From the NCBI GenBank assembly GCA_013265495.1, contig MU058000.1, forward strand, positions 2,989,905 to 3,053,904: a DNA stretch of 64,000 nt. The letters run 5' to 3'. Each line of letters starts with the position of its first letter. The stretch's first letter is position 1. Below the pieces are notes generated by a model. It saw only the letters and a program-made list of their open reading frames with translations, did not search any database and was not told the DNA's origin. The translations under genes and the position numbers were made by a program. Below, one piece after another: positions 13,732 through 26,725 of this stretch. The DNA comes from Vicugna vicugna (Eukaryota).

Positions 13732-13965
13732 AATAATGAAAATGATAATAGCTAAATTTTTTCAGAATTTTCATGTGTCAGGAACTGAGCTAATAGGTCA
13801 AGAAACATCATCTAATTTATGAGCAGCTATGTTATTATTCCTGTTTTGCAGATGAGTAAATTTAGTGACCCTGTCTTGCCTACAGATGTACAGGTGTAAG
13901 TGTCCAAAGCAGGATTCGAACCGAAGCAGCAGACTGCAGTAAAGCACGTGTTCTGAACTGATACA
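13732..13965 (-). mobile_element. MIR SINE
   Basis: AATAGCTAAATTTTTTCAGAATTTTCATGTGTCAGGAACTG…ATTATTCCTGTTTTGCAGATGAG…GCAGGATTCGAACC (B-box remnant). Confidence 0.8.
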
Positions 13966-14009
13966 TTCAGGTGCATTTGACCTCAAATCATTGGAATTAT
14001 CAGCTCAAA

Positions 14010-14732
14010 CAAAAGAAATGCAAAGTAGTAAAAATAAACGAAAAGTTCTACACACCAATTTAAAAGACCCAGTACCCTGCAACGGAATGAGGGCAAGTAA
14101 TTCTTTATTAAAAACTTTCACTTGTTACCTGCTCAAAACTAGGAGACAGTTTGGTATAGCTGTCAGAAGAGGCAAATGTCATCTTAGGCTGACTTAATTC
14201 GAAAAGAAGAATTGCTTCCTGAAATTCAGAGATAACTCGGCATGGTATGCTGTACATGGTTAAAACATCTGAAATTCTGTGTTCAGCTTTGGATGATACA
14301 TTAATAAAAATAATTTATACCTGGCTAGAAAGACTAGGATATAAACATGTCTCAAAAGCATATCACAGGAGGTAAAGCTGAAAGAATTCAAACAACTTCT
14401 CTGTGAAAGTGTTTTGATAAGCCCTAACAATATTTTCCAGATATCAGAGGGCCACGTGGAAAAAAGAGGAATTCCACGTCCCAGGCAATTCTTTGTGCAG
14501 AACCAGATCCACCATTTTGAAATTATAGTAAATTGAATTTACTCTCCTTATGCTGAAGAAGAGACCATTCGGACCTCTTCGAGTGGGGTAAGCCAGCTAA
14601 GCAGACACTCCCTGTGAGAGCTGCAGCTGAAGCTGGATGGACACTTGTCAGAGCTGTTACTTACCCTGCTCATTCCTGCACAGAGCGGGACACTGAACTC
14701 AATGAATTCTAAGGTGCCTTCAATGTCTCAGG
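14010..14732 (+). mobile_element. L3/CR1 LINE 3' portion (may extend upstream to about 12.8 kb)
   Basis: GCAAATGTCATCTTAGGCTGACTTAA, CATCTGAAATTCTGTGTTCAGCTTTGG and terminal AATGAATTCTAAGGTGCCTTCAATGTCTCAG follow the L3 consensus order. Confidence 0.7.
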
Positions 14733-14821
14733 TCAAATCTTTTGAGAAAGGAAAAGATAATCACTTTTCTTCCCCAGTTTTATTCTGCAGTAGCTAAATA
14801 AAAATATAGTTTGGTTTAAAT

Positions 14822-15140
14822 TAACTTATGCAAAACAGAAACAGACTCACAAACAGTACACAATCTTATGGTTACTGGGGGAAAGAGGGTGGGAAGGGAT
14901 AAATTTGGGTATTTGAGATTTGCAAATGCTCACTGCTAGATACAAAAACAGATTAAAAAACAAATTTCTTCTGTATGGCACAGGGAACTATATTCAATAT
15001 CGTGTCATAATTTTTAATGGAAAAGAATAAGAAAATGAATATATTATATGTATGTATGACTGAGACATTATGCTGCACACCAGAAATGGACACATTGTAA
15101 CTGACTATACATCAATATAAATTAATTAATTAATTAATAG
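14822..15140 (+). mobile_element. Camelid-type L1 3' end with tail converted to (TAAT)n
   Basis: CAAAACAGAAACAGACTCAC…GGGTGGGAAGGGATAAATTTGGG…TGCTGCACACCAGAAATGGACACATTGTAACTGACTATAC. Confidence 0.88.
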
Positions 15141-15724
15141 AATAATTTACAACCCTTCTGACCCCAAAATGATTTCCCATACAGTATGTGCCTCATGATA
15201 TATGGACTGCATTTTGTTTTGAAGCAATAAAGAATTTTAAAAATACTTATAAATATATATATTTATATATATTATATATATAATATATATATTATATACA
15301 TGCATATTCTCTACAAACAAGATAAAACTCATAGCCTAAGCATTAGAAGCCTAAAGTTAGAGTTTGCAGAGTCGTAGTGAGCAGTTAGGACTCAATGGTG
15401 AATTACTCATTTTGCTTTTGACTTTTATGCACAGCATTACTGGTTTGACCCATTAATGAGAAAAGAAACTGTAAAGGTCTAGAGGGTATTACACGGAGAA
15501 GGAGTCAGTCTGGGTTCTTCAAACACTTCCATCAGTTGAGCAATGTACCTCTTTGTGGAAGATGATTATCTTCGGGAATTTTCCATGACAATTCATCATT
15601 AAAACAAAGATGACATGCTTATCTCTCTCAAAGCCTGGATTTCTCAATCCTCTCTTCCTGCTTAATCCTCTTCCTATAAAATCAACAATTAAGAGACTGA
15701 GCGTGGGTGGGGAGAACCCATTAC

Positions 15725-15880
15725 CTTAGGAATCCAAAAGACAGAGTTGCTGACCAGTCTTCACCATAGTCTAGCTGTGTGACCCTCAAGCATTATCAAT
15801 ACCACTTTTGGACTTTGGGGATGTGATGACAATAGAAAATAATACAGCTGGCCTATTTACATCACAGGGATACAGAGAAA
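15725..15880 (+). mobile_element. MIR fragment
   Basis: CTAGCTGTGTGACCCTCAAGCA…ATAATACAGCTGGCCTATTTACATCACAGGG. Confidence 0.55.
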
Positions 15881-18593
15881 CTCCAATTTATTTTGCTGAG
15901 TACTTGCTACTCACTGTACAGGGAGCTAGTCCCTGGGAGGGGAGAGGTATAAAGCAAAGACAATGTCCTGGAAAATTCACTGATTTGGAAATCAAACAGA
16001 AAAACATTTTGCAGATATGGAATAGAAACCATTCAAGGATAGGACTGTCATATGTCATCATTGTACAGCACAGTGCCTGGAATGTAGGCGGTACCTGAGC
16101 TCTTTATATAAATTATCTCAAATAATTCCCCCTTAACCCTGACATCAACATTATTATTCTAATTTTACACGTGAGGAACGTAAACCTGAGAAATGTACTA
16201 TTGACAAAAGTGGAAATAAAACTCAGGTTAGCTGAACAACGTTTGTAACAAAAAGTACATTATTCAGATAATTCCGATACTGTATACACGTAGCAAAACT
16301 TTGATCCAGTTTTATAATCAGTAAAAGATTTAATGGGGGAATTAATGAATAACTGAAGTTAATAAATACAATAAAAGGGTGTCAATATAATTTCATTAAA
16401 GTTTTAACCACAAATACTTCAGGCATTGCTTCATGCCTCAGTTCTGATATCCTTTTCACTTCACACTCAGTAAGAAGCTGCAATTTACTTGTTTCCTCTT
16501 CCAAGTTCAAGGCTAGTCCCAACTGAAAAGTAATTCTGCACTAAGCATCATGAAGAATCCTGATAGAGAGAGAGAATTTCCACCTCTGGGAAGTTTCAAG
16601 GTGTCCCGTGTCTGCTATAATCCGTCTGTTTCCTGCTCACCCAGCGCTCTGTCTTCGGTTTATGGTTCTTTGAGGTTTCTCTTGATTTCTGATTTCTTAA
16701 TTCCTGCAGTGTAAGTGTCTTCTACAAGAAACGACTCTTCTCGGTTTCTAATTTACAGCCTTTTCAATGTCAAGCAATGGCACGTGTGCACATCTTACTG
16801 TGGACCAGATACCTTAATCCTTCCCACAGCATTCGTGGTTCTGTCTTCTCTTGAATTTCACCCTCTTGCTTCATCTTGCCTTGGCACTCCCAATTTTATA
16901 GCCGTATTATCCCACACTGATGTAATTATTCATGGATTTTCTTCCTTTCCAACACATAAAGAGAACTGAGTTGTTCTAATCGTACCCTGCTATTTTCTAT
17001 AGAAGATAACCTTTTAAGCATTGGATGTAGATACCAAAAAAAAAAAAAAAAGAGAATAGACAAATCTTTGGAATGTTAGTCCCCAAAGGGAATATGGAGA
17101 AACTTACCACCAGGGCAATCAGAACTGCAATCATGCCTGTCCTGTAGACATGACTTCTACTGAACCACCTTGAGATGCTGCAGAGCAAGTCAGCATTTGC
17201 AAAAACATCTGACTCTTCTTGGGTTTCTGTAATGTGCACAGACCTCACAATAGAAGAAAGGATTTTGAAGTCAATGTGATATTTGGTATTCTGCATTGTA
17301 CACTGAAGTGACTGAATTGCATACTCAGAGCAGGTCTTTGCTGTAGGTTTGTGACCTGTGGTTTAATGGAAGGAATAATACATCTCAACATTGTCTCTCT
17401 GACTGTTTCAATCAAGAAACAGTCGAATTCATATGTTCCTTTAACAATGATGCCAAGTGTAATTATAAAGATACTATGTCTACAGAAATTGAAGAAGATG
17501 CTGTGTGCCCCTAAGATGTTGACAATACTAACGTATTGACAGTAGCGAAAGACTGACCCTCCTTCTTTTGGTTTTATGCTGCACCATGTTCAAGACAAGC
17601 TTTGTATCCATCGAAAGTATGCAGGTAGAAATTAATGCCAAGGGACACTGCAGTACTGTGCTTGATTCAGCAATGTGTAGAATTTATGCTAGCATAAAAA
17701 TGATGAATTTAGTTACCTCTTTTGGTAATGAGCCTGGCATTGGAAAGAATCACATAGAGGATTTGGGCTTGTTTTAGATGCCACTATGCTGGCAGTTTTA
17801 CAATTAAGTAGTTGGTAAATACAGTCATATTGCCATAACTTTAGAAGACCCTGATTTTTATAAAAGATCAAACTACAGATAAATAATATTAAAATTGCAG
17901 AGCTTCAAATCCTTAAAATATTCTTAACCTCTGAAAAATAGTATATTGTAATCCGTCGTAATGTGTAGTATTTAATTGTGTGACAGGAGTATTGAGATTT
18001 GGGCAAATATTGTGAATGATACTTTTGCAAAGTTTTTTTAACATATATATATTTACAAGCTTATTTAATGTAGATGAATGTAATGTTAAATTTTCAGGGA
18101 AAGAGATGCATAGATTCATTCTAGATATTAGAATCCAGGAAGCTGTTTTCTCTCTGAGCTCATCAAGTGCATTATTTTCCAGATGCTCCAAAGCATATTC
18201 TTGTTGATTCTCCATCAGGCTGATGTTATTTTAAATTTCTTCTTTATGTAGCCTTTAAAAATACACAAAACACCACCAGTCAAAATAGAGTGTTTCCTGT
18301 TTAATGTGATGCACTGTAAATGAAGAAATATACACACACATTTTTGGACTTTTGTTATTATCATATCAGAGCTTTTATCAAAGACTCTTATGTAAACATT
18401 TAGTCATGATACATTGTCCTCATTATTAGGAGAATAATCCAACTGTTTTCTCCGTTTTTTATATTTTCAAAGTGTGAGTTCCTAATGGTTCGACAAGACT
18501 GAAAAGTAACAAAGGTACAAAAGTTCACACTCTGTGACCAGAGTTTAATTGTATAAGCAAACTTTCTCTTTCTCTTTCTCTCTCTCCTCACGG

Positions 18594-18640
18594 ACACACA
18601 AACACGCACACACACACACACGCACACACACACACGCACA
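18594..18640. repeat. Interrupted (CA)n/(CG) microsatellite
   Basis: Direct reading. Confidence 0.95.
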
Positions 18641-20534
18641 TTTAAAATGTTTTCATTTTGACAGTTACTCATCTGCATAATAACTCAGGACTAGTGGTAT
18701 GTGGCTGGCATTTATGCTAATTAACCTTATATTTACTTTTCAAATATATGAATAATTTTCTAGCTCTCATGTTTAACCTACATAATTATAATGCTCCTTA
18801 TTGCCGCCCCTCAAGAAAGTAATGACTAGGTTTTCAGATTCTTTGCTCCAGTGAAGGGCTCCGGGTAGGCGTACAGGGCAAGAGGCTTGAGCTTCCGAAG
18901 GCTTCTGCCAGGGATTGTTGATAAATTGGCACTTGCTCTTCTACCCAGCAATTTTGGAGAAAAGAAAAATTATAACCCCCCCAGGCAGCTCTAATGATAC
19001 TGGCCATCCTCCGAATTAGAATAAGGAATGTGAGGCTAAATATACTTAGTGTCAAATTACAATCAGTTAACCAATCAACAGTAATTAATACTGGAAATCT
19101 TACAACGAATATTAAAAATACTACTATTGGAGTCATTTATGCTTTGATAGTAAAGTACCGAAGAAACAAGAGACCAAGTGGGCGAGATGGGAAGAAAAGG
19201 GTTCTTTCCGAGGGTAAAGAAAAAGGAGATGGGAAATAGGTCACTTGCCTAGTCCCACAATTTTGACATGGCCAGTCTTCTCTTCAAAATTTTACGCATA
19301 AAGCCAAACTATCCTCATAAATGCCAATACTTTGTGTAAACTCATGGACATGCCATCCTGGAATGTTTAATTTGACTGGCATTAAGCTGGTAATTGGTGG
19401 AGGAATTACCCTACTTTTATATTTGCCAGTATCCATAACTGGCCACCCCAGTCTTTTTAAGTAGACATTTAAAAATGCTGTAACACTGTATTAATGTGCT
19501 AGACAAAGACACTGAATGGGCGCTGGTTTGAGTAAGGGAAAGATGGAGAAGACAGAAAAGCCAACTCCTCAAGGTCCCCACAGCCAGGGCAGGCATCGCC
19601 CATTTTCTAGTCTGTCACTTGTTGATTAGAAAAGTTATGGCAAGATTGCCACAAAGAGTCAAGAGATTAAGCCTGTCACTTTACCCAGAGATAAACAGTC
19701 TTGGTTACATGAACTGGGGAAATATTAAATTTAACATAAAAGGAAAAGGGCGGGGCTCCAAGAGGAATAGACCAATAGACCCTCAAGAACCATGAGACCA
19801 GGTTAAGGGTCAAAGAGAGAAAGCTGGTCAAGTTTCACATCATCAGAGCATCATATCAGGATGTCAGAGGCCAGGTATCCTACACCCAGACGTTGCTGGC
19901 TGATGATTATGATAAATTATTATGAGAAACTAGGGACAAAAACATGTCCAAATTCAAGTTGTTAAGCAAGTGAAGTCAAACCATCCACTCATGCTCAAGT
20001 CTTGCTGTTCATACCTTGGTGAGACCAGTGCCCCAACATTATAGACTTCCTGCCAAGAGTGACGAGCAGCAGGAATTTTTTAAAAAATCAATAAAATTTA
20101 CACGAACTGGAAAGCAAGCAGGTGCAGAGTGGCACCTACAATTTCTTTAGATTCTTATGCCAATGCATTAATAGCAGCCACTTATATATTTTCTGAAAAT
20201 AAATTGGAATCAGGGAGAAACTTAACTGGCCTGAACACTTACTTCAGTTTTGCTGCTTCTGGTCTCAGATGTCATAGGTGAATTCTTGTTCAAAGGCAGG
20301 AATACAAACCACATGAAAATTAAGTCCCCCTAACCCACCCCTCTGCAGAGCACATCAGTACAGCAGATAAGGTTGGTCACAGTGTGCCCCACAGTGGAAG
20401 GCAAAGTTTGTCACAATGTGTGAGACCTGGAAATGGGAGATGTTTCAAGTTCAGTCGTCACTGTGAGCTCAGGAAATACTCCTACCCCCGGTTGCTTGAG
20501 ACGCTATCACAAAACTCTGAGCAATTCATGAAGA

Positions 20535-20715
20535 GCACTGTTGTAAAGAAGAAAAAGGATTAAACTAGGAATCAACCCAGTTCCAGCTCTGTGGGAAACT
20601 GGGACAGTGACCTTAGACAAAGTATCTCAATCTCTGGGTCTCGGTATCTTTATTTTCAAAATGAAGGAGTTGTACTAGGTCTAAAGTTCACCCTTTTCTA
20701 AAATGATATGTTCTT
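20535..20715 (+). mobile_element. MIR3/MIR fragment
   Basis: CCAGTTCCAGCTCTG…GTGACCTTAGACAAAGTATCTCAATCTCTGGGTCTCGGTATCTTTATTTTCAAAATGAAGGAGTTGTACTAG. Confidence 0.7.
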
Positions 20716-22661
20716 ATATCTATAAAAGACTATCCATGTGCGGAGAGGATCTAAGGAAGCGACACTGTGAGCTGAGTGCCATTAAGACGAATGTCTGGTT
20801 GCTCTTGTTTGGAATCTTTGTGCATATCCTCAAAGAATGAAAACATTTCTCATGGAAGTTTAAGACATGATGCAACATTACAGCTCAAGAACTGGTTCCA
20901 AATGTTAAAACTCATCTATAATTGCAAAACTTGAAGTAGTTTCAATATAAGATTGTTAAATATTAAGGAACTCTAGGTTTGAGATGCCACATTTCCTTTT
21001 TCATGTCACAAATGATTTTTTTGACAAATGCACCTGAGATCAACAGACTTTATCTAAGAATCCAACGTGAATCAAAACGACTTAAATTTTAAGTTCATAA
21101 TCCAGTTGAGTGAAATGTCATTGTTCAGGGAGACAGGACCAAAAAGCATTTTTATGGAGAGAAATTGTGTCGTGGGTTCTAGCTGAGATTTTGTCTCTGT
21201 GCATTTGGTTTCTCAAGCTTTTTCCCCTGTTGCTCCATTTTTTTTTTCCAGGAGTTTTATATGGAGGACCTAGGTTTAATAGTCTTTGAACAATGTCTTG
21301 AGCTATTTGGATAATGGATGCCGTATAAATCTAATAAACAAATGGCAAATGTTAGAAAATATTAAAAGGGAGTACCTTCAAATGAAGTTTCATTATGCTG
21401 TGTTTGGCTTTGACAGTGTTCATAAACCATAGCATGTTTAGATTAAATTCATTTCTGACAAAATACCAGTTCACCACATGTTTGGAAATAATGTGAAAAA
21501 TTCAAACTTCCCTTAGACTGATCACACCTTTCCTCACTATTTCAACTTTAAGCTGCTGCTAAAAATGTTTCAGTTGTAATACTCCAAATTAATAGGCACA
21601 GATTATTTATGATGTCTGTATGTAAATATTATATCACTGTGGTACCCAAAATGATGAAACAGTGTCCCAAAGGTCATGGGTTCAAGCATAAAGCATTCTC
21701 AAGTGTACCTGCACACTAAGGTGGTAAGAGGCAAAGAAATATGAACAACATTATGAAATGACCTAACTCTTTGCTTCCGTCAAGGAATTACCAATAATTT
21801 TCATTCTTGATGGACAAAAGAGCATGCAAGCACTAAGCATGGGTTGATTTCAAAACAAGCATATTCAAATAAGAGTTGGCCATTTCTAGGAGGACAGTTC
21901 ATCAGTGAGGAGAAAGGACTCAGTTATCTTTTTCACTCCTTCTTGCCCTGCATTTTTTCTTTGGTTCTCATGCTTTCTACCAAAACCTGGCTGCTTGTGG
22001 TTCATCTCTGTCTATGCACAGGAGCGTATCATCACAGACTAAAAGTGAAGAAAGGTACCTGAGTTTCCTCTCACCCAGCATCGCCATTTTGTAGTTATCA
22101 AGGAAAATCAAGGAAAAGAAGGAAAAGATTGCCTAAATGGCTTAGTCAATGGAATCAATTAATGGTAAACTTTTCCCTCAGGCCGACATCCTAGACGCCA
22201 GGTATCTCACTCAGCATGAAAAAGAGGGGCTCTCTAACCCCTCACCTTATTCTTTCTTATCTGAGTTGGATGGGTTAAGTGTAAATGGGGAGAGTGAGAA
22301 CAGATCTGAAACAAGTTACACAGGAATGTAAAACTTGCATGAATCTAAGAAGCCTGTCTTCTAGGGAATATTTAGGGAATAAACTATTCATTTCTTCAAG
22401 GATGTAATTAAACAATGAAAAAGCATGATTTATGAAGCTGGTGGGACTAGATTAAAGACAACAAAGTGACTTTCTGTACAGAAAACTTGTGACTCAATGG
22501 GCTGTCTTTGGTTTGATATCAATTAAATAAGAGACTCATACTAAGATCAGTAAACAGACGTTTCAGCACTAAAGAACCAGGTCATAATTTTAATCTCCCA
22601 TGACTCTAAAAAAATAAATTTTTTAATGAAGGTTGATAAGGAACCTAAAATTTGGCCAGAG

Positions 22662-22663
<2 letters not shown>

Positions 22664-22706
<43 letters not shown>
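22664..22706. repeat. Perfect (TG)21 microsatellite
   Basis: Direct reading. Confidence 0.97.
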
Positions 22707-22708
<2 letters not shown>

Positions 22709-24410
22709 ACACACACGTATCTGGGTGACAGGCTCATCCTTATTTCCATGTAACGTTCAGAGCTTCCTAGTACAGGTAACATCAGTGCAGTAGGGAGAGA
22801 GGGAAGCTAGTTAGATGTGTTAGTTCAAGGAAAACAACCAACTTTAACCAAAAACTATGAAAAAGGACACAAATTTAAGATATCAACAAAAGAAGACCAA
22901 ACAAAAGAAATTTTACAGTTTCAGCTACAACTTGGCTAAATGAAAGGGCAAAATTTTATAAAGACCAGGGCCCCTAGTTTTTTAAAATGCATGCTAACCT
23001 CTCAGAATTACTTGAAACTCCCCTACCTTGGTCTTGGAAATTCAGTAACATCCTCTTTGCTTACCAGTACCATGGAAACATGAACATCAAGCAACAATAT
23101 TTTTCAGTGTTTCCCACCTTGTTGCTGAGTCTCTCTTTTCTCTTAGGGTAAAATCAATAGCAGATTGTGAGAATGAAAACAAATCTACGAAATTGCTCTA
23201 ACATTTAAGAAAATTGAAACTTACTTGAGAAATAGAAGAAGAATATCAGGACACAAATATGCACATATATCAGAAACTCCATATGAAAATATTTGTGTCT
23301 CCATCCCAGGCATCCAGAAGAGCATCTTTCAGTCAATACATTGCCAACAAACACATCTGAATGAATGTGTACTGGAAGTAATAGTATAGACGATACTTGA
23401 CTTTGCAGATCAGATAAGACCCCAGTCAATGATCACTAATGTAGATACGAAGGTCTTCATGACAAAGACCAGTTTGACATACAGGTAGAATTTGCATAGG
23501 CAGAGAGGGATGTGGAGAATATTGCACAATGTGAGCAAAGAGAGAGTGTAAAAAGCATGATGTGTATAAAGGGGAATGAGGACAAGGGCTTGACTAGAAG
23601 AGTAACTTAAGTTCTTGGTTTATATCTATATAGGGTCAGATAGGGTCATAGAAGATAGGGACAAGTTTCAGTTTGGCTGTCTGAAAAGATCGGTTGTACC
23701 CGTGCAGTTCATTGGACTCTTATATACTGTGGGTAAGTGGTACAGAAGATATGGAATTTGGTGTTTGGAACTTTTTTAAAAGATATATTTTTATCATTAT
23801 TGCTATTATACAGAGCAAAGCAAACCTTTAGAGTTAGATGAGTTTGTAGCTTATCAAATATCTCCACACCATTGGTTTACAGTGGACATTGTTGACATTC
23901 TACTTCACAAAATTCCTACTTTTCCCATTGGATATTGACCCTGACCTCTACAGGGACCAAAATACTTTGAAGATACTTTAGTCCCCTGACCCTATGCTGT
24001 AATGATTATTTTCAGGAATTAATGTCCAAGGTACCCACGTCTTGATTTTTATTTTTACTTGATTGCAAGATCTTGCTCAAAAATAGTAATATGACCTCAT
24101 TTAAGCAAAGATAGAGAAGAATTTTTTTGTTGTGAAACTTTGGGAAAAACATCTCTTTGCCATTAAAAGAAAAGCATTGAAAAAGAAACTCTCTCTTTCC
24201 CTGAATGACCAAGGATACGGTAGAGAAATCAGAAACTTCCTGCCTCCATTTTGCAATTACGCAGACAATCAAAGGCCATCCCGTTAAGCCTAAAGGTAGA
24301 CTTGAGCCATCTCGGGACTTTCAATACATGTATCACTAAATTGTCCCGTACTTGTAAAACTTGTACCTGGTTCTATGTTACCTACAGCTGAAACCATCCT
24401 TATAAAAATA

Positions 24411-24570
24411 CAGACTAGCTCAGTCCATCACTATTTCTCTAAACAACCAAATATATGAGCGGGCAAATAGCCCTGACCCTAAGATCATTATGATTACGTT
24501 AATAAGTTTTTTATAATGTAATACTATTTATGATAAACATTTAGATGCTATTTACGTATTCTCATTTAGT
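24411..24570 (+). repeat. 160-bp local direct repeat, copy 1
   Basis: Matches 25665-25824 with 6 substitutions and no indels (manual alignment). Confidence 0.95.
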
Positions 24571-25664
24571 AAAAATCCGATTAGAAGACTAAGCACAGAT
24601 TATGGTTTTGTTCACATGTTATTCTATGGCAATGCCTCATAAAACATTTATGCGCAGGTTTTTTTTACCATACAGATTGACCTTTTAGTATTCTAAAATC
24701 TTTCTATAATATGACACAATTTCTTGTTAGCATAAGACAAACTCAATTAACTCCGACCATTGCTGTTTCTTCAGATAAACCCAGTGGCACGTCCTTAGAG
24801 GAAAGTAATTGGCTTCCCAGTATAATGCATATTATGCTAATTATAATATATCTTCTGAACATGACAGAATACATGTGCCTTAAATTAACTTCATTTGAAT
24901 TTAGGGAGAGTGGGGTGATACCTCCAAATTTATATTCTTTTTAAAATGAGACTTACTTCTCCTCAACTTGAGTTATTTATTTAGTCAAATGAATATATCT
25001 CCATAAGATAATCAAAGTGTCAGGAAGGAACTGAAGTTTCTGTAGCATGTAAGAGGAGCCTGGTATCAAATTTGATTTAAACATATTTCAAGCCCTGAGA
25101 AAAATAAATTGCTAGTTGGCTTTGCTTTTGAAAAATATCTTTTCATAAGTTTATTGAAACGTTTGTAGGACTTTTACGGACTTCCAGCTTTATAATAAAT
25201 AAACTGCACACTCTGCCTGCATATGCTGAAAATCACTTAAACTGAAAGCAGAACTGAGTATATATGATGTCATTTGAAAACACAGTGCTTGATTCGCCCG
25301 TTTGTAGTTGCTTGAGGGCTGCCTTTGTGCTACAAGAATGATTTCATTTACTTACAGTATATGTTCTGTTAAAAGACTGATTCTCTCCCATAAATTTCCC
25401 ATATCATCTCTCTGCTTTAAAGAAGGGAAGTTATATTTGATGGTGTCATGATCAGACTGACTGTGTTTGGCTGTTATGATTTCCACCATCAAGAACTCCC
25501 GCGTTTATGCCAATAAGACGGACTCAAACCGGAGACAGTTCAAGGAATTGAAATCAAGCTACTCTTTCCAGATGGGTCAGCTTAAGGGAAGATGGCCTGA
25601 CTTACCAAAACCACAGAGTTACTTATTGTGAGAATTGCAACATGAACCCCGAGGCCCCAAACAT

Positions 25665-25824
25665 CAGACTAGCTCAGTCCATCACTATTTCTCTAAACAG
25701 CCAAATATATGAGCAGGCAAAGAGCCCTGATCCTAAGATCATTGTGATTATGTTAATAAGTTTTTTATAATGTAATACTATTTATGATAAACATTTAGAT
25801 GCTATTTACGTATTCTCATTTAGT
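25665..25824 (+). repeat. 160-bp local direct repeat, copy 2
   Basis: Matches 24411-24570. Confidence 0.95.
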
Positions 25825-26035
25825 CTTTATCAACTAGGAGTCAGTATCAGTATTATACCAAATGAACAAATAATGAAACTGATACAGCATTTAACATCAA
25901 ACATGTACACAAGAAATAAGTACAGGATCTTACACTTGAATTCTGAAATTACTAAATCCATGACCCTCAACTTAAACTTGTTCAGTGGGTACCTTTCTCC
26001 ATAAGTTTGGGAGAACAATAATGACCTCCAATTTA

Positions 26036-26061
26036 ACACACACACACACACACACACACAC
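26036..26061. repeat. (AC)13 microsatellite
   Basis: Direct reading. Confidence 0.95.
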
Positions 26062-26194
26062 TATTTTCCCTGCTTAAGCATCCATGTCTTCAACCATCAC
26101 ATTTTTTTTACTAAGATAGTCTTTATTTTACCATTTCTTAATTTTTTTCTTTCTCCTTTCCCTTTCATACATTCATGAGTGTAAATATTGCAAT

Positions 26195-26725
26195 TGTTTT
26201 GGCGGGGTGCAATTCAAGCCACACCTATCTCATTCTCTAAACATGGCAATTATGCTTATGGTATGTAACCCTGAAGATGTCTGGCCACAGCTGAACAGTT
26301 AAAGGCAGGGTGACTGAAGTGGCCAGTCAAAGTTGGGTCACTTTTGTTTTTTGCACAAAAATTTGGAAATCAGACACTGTGGTTCTCATTAATCTCTGTT
26401 GAGAGTTTGAACTAAAAAGTCATGGAAAGTCATGTGGCTATGTTCACACCAAAACAGAGAAAGCTCTTCTTCAGAGAGAGAGAAGAAAGATAGTGAAGGC
26501 GACCTAGACCAGGAGAAGTGAAGTAAAGAAACCATAGATTCAGAGAGATGGATGGAGTAGGCATATGGGCTCTTATGACTTTCTGGTGTGTAGTTGGGTC
26601 TAGTTCTACCTCATCTCTGTTCCTCATCTCCATGAGAAATCTCCAAACACATCCAATAAATTGTCTTTAAGTGATTTGAATACATTCTTTTTCACAGTTA
26701 CAAAAATCAGGTCTTTTGAGAATTT
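26195..26725 (+). mobile_element. Ancient ERVL-class solo LTR (LTR33-like; subfamily uncertain)
   Basis: CTGGCCACAGCTGA, a purine-rich middle, and a 3' end CCAATAAATTGTCTTTAAGTGATTTGAA…CACAGTTACAAAAATCAGGTC resembling ERVL LTR ends. Confidence 0.5.

Noticed and set aside
17347..17539. Two overlapping open plus-strand frames after GCTGTAG (VCDLWFNGRN…EEDAVCP* and the 17351-17539 ORF) as a terminal coding exon
   Set aside because: Weak polypyrimidine tract, no recognisable protein similarity and no partner exon.
17640..17675. CAGTACTGTG / TGTGCTTGAT resembling miR-101 or miR-218 fragments
   Set aside because: Only about 10 nt match and there is no precursor hairpin.
24411..25824. The direct repeats as LTRs of a small retroelement or as a CRISPR-like array
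   Set aside because: No TG…CA termini, PBS, PPT or TSD, only two copies, and the interior is ordinary genomic DNA in a mammalian context.
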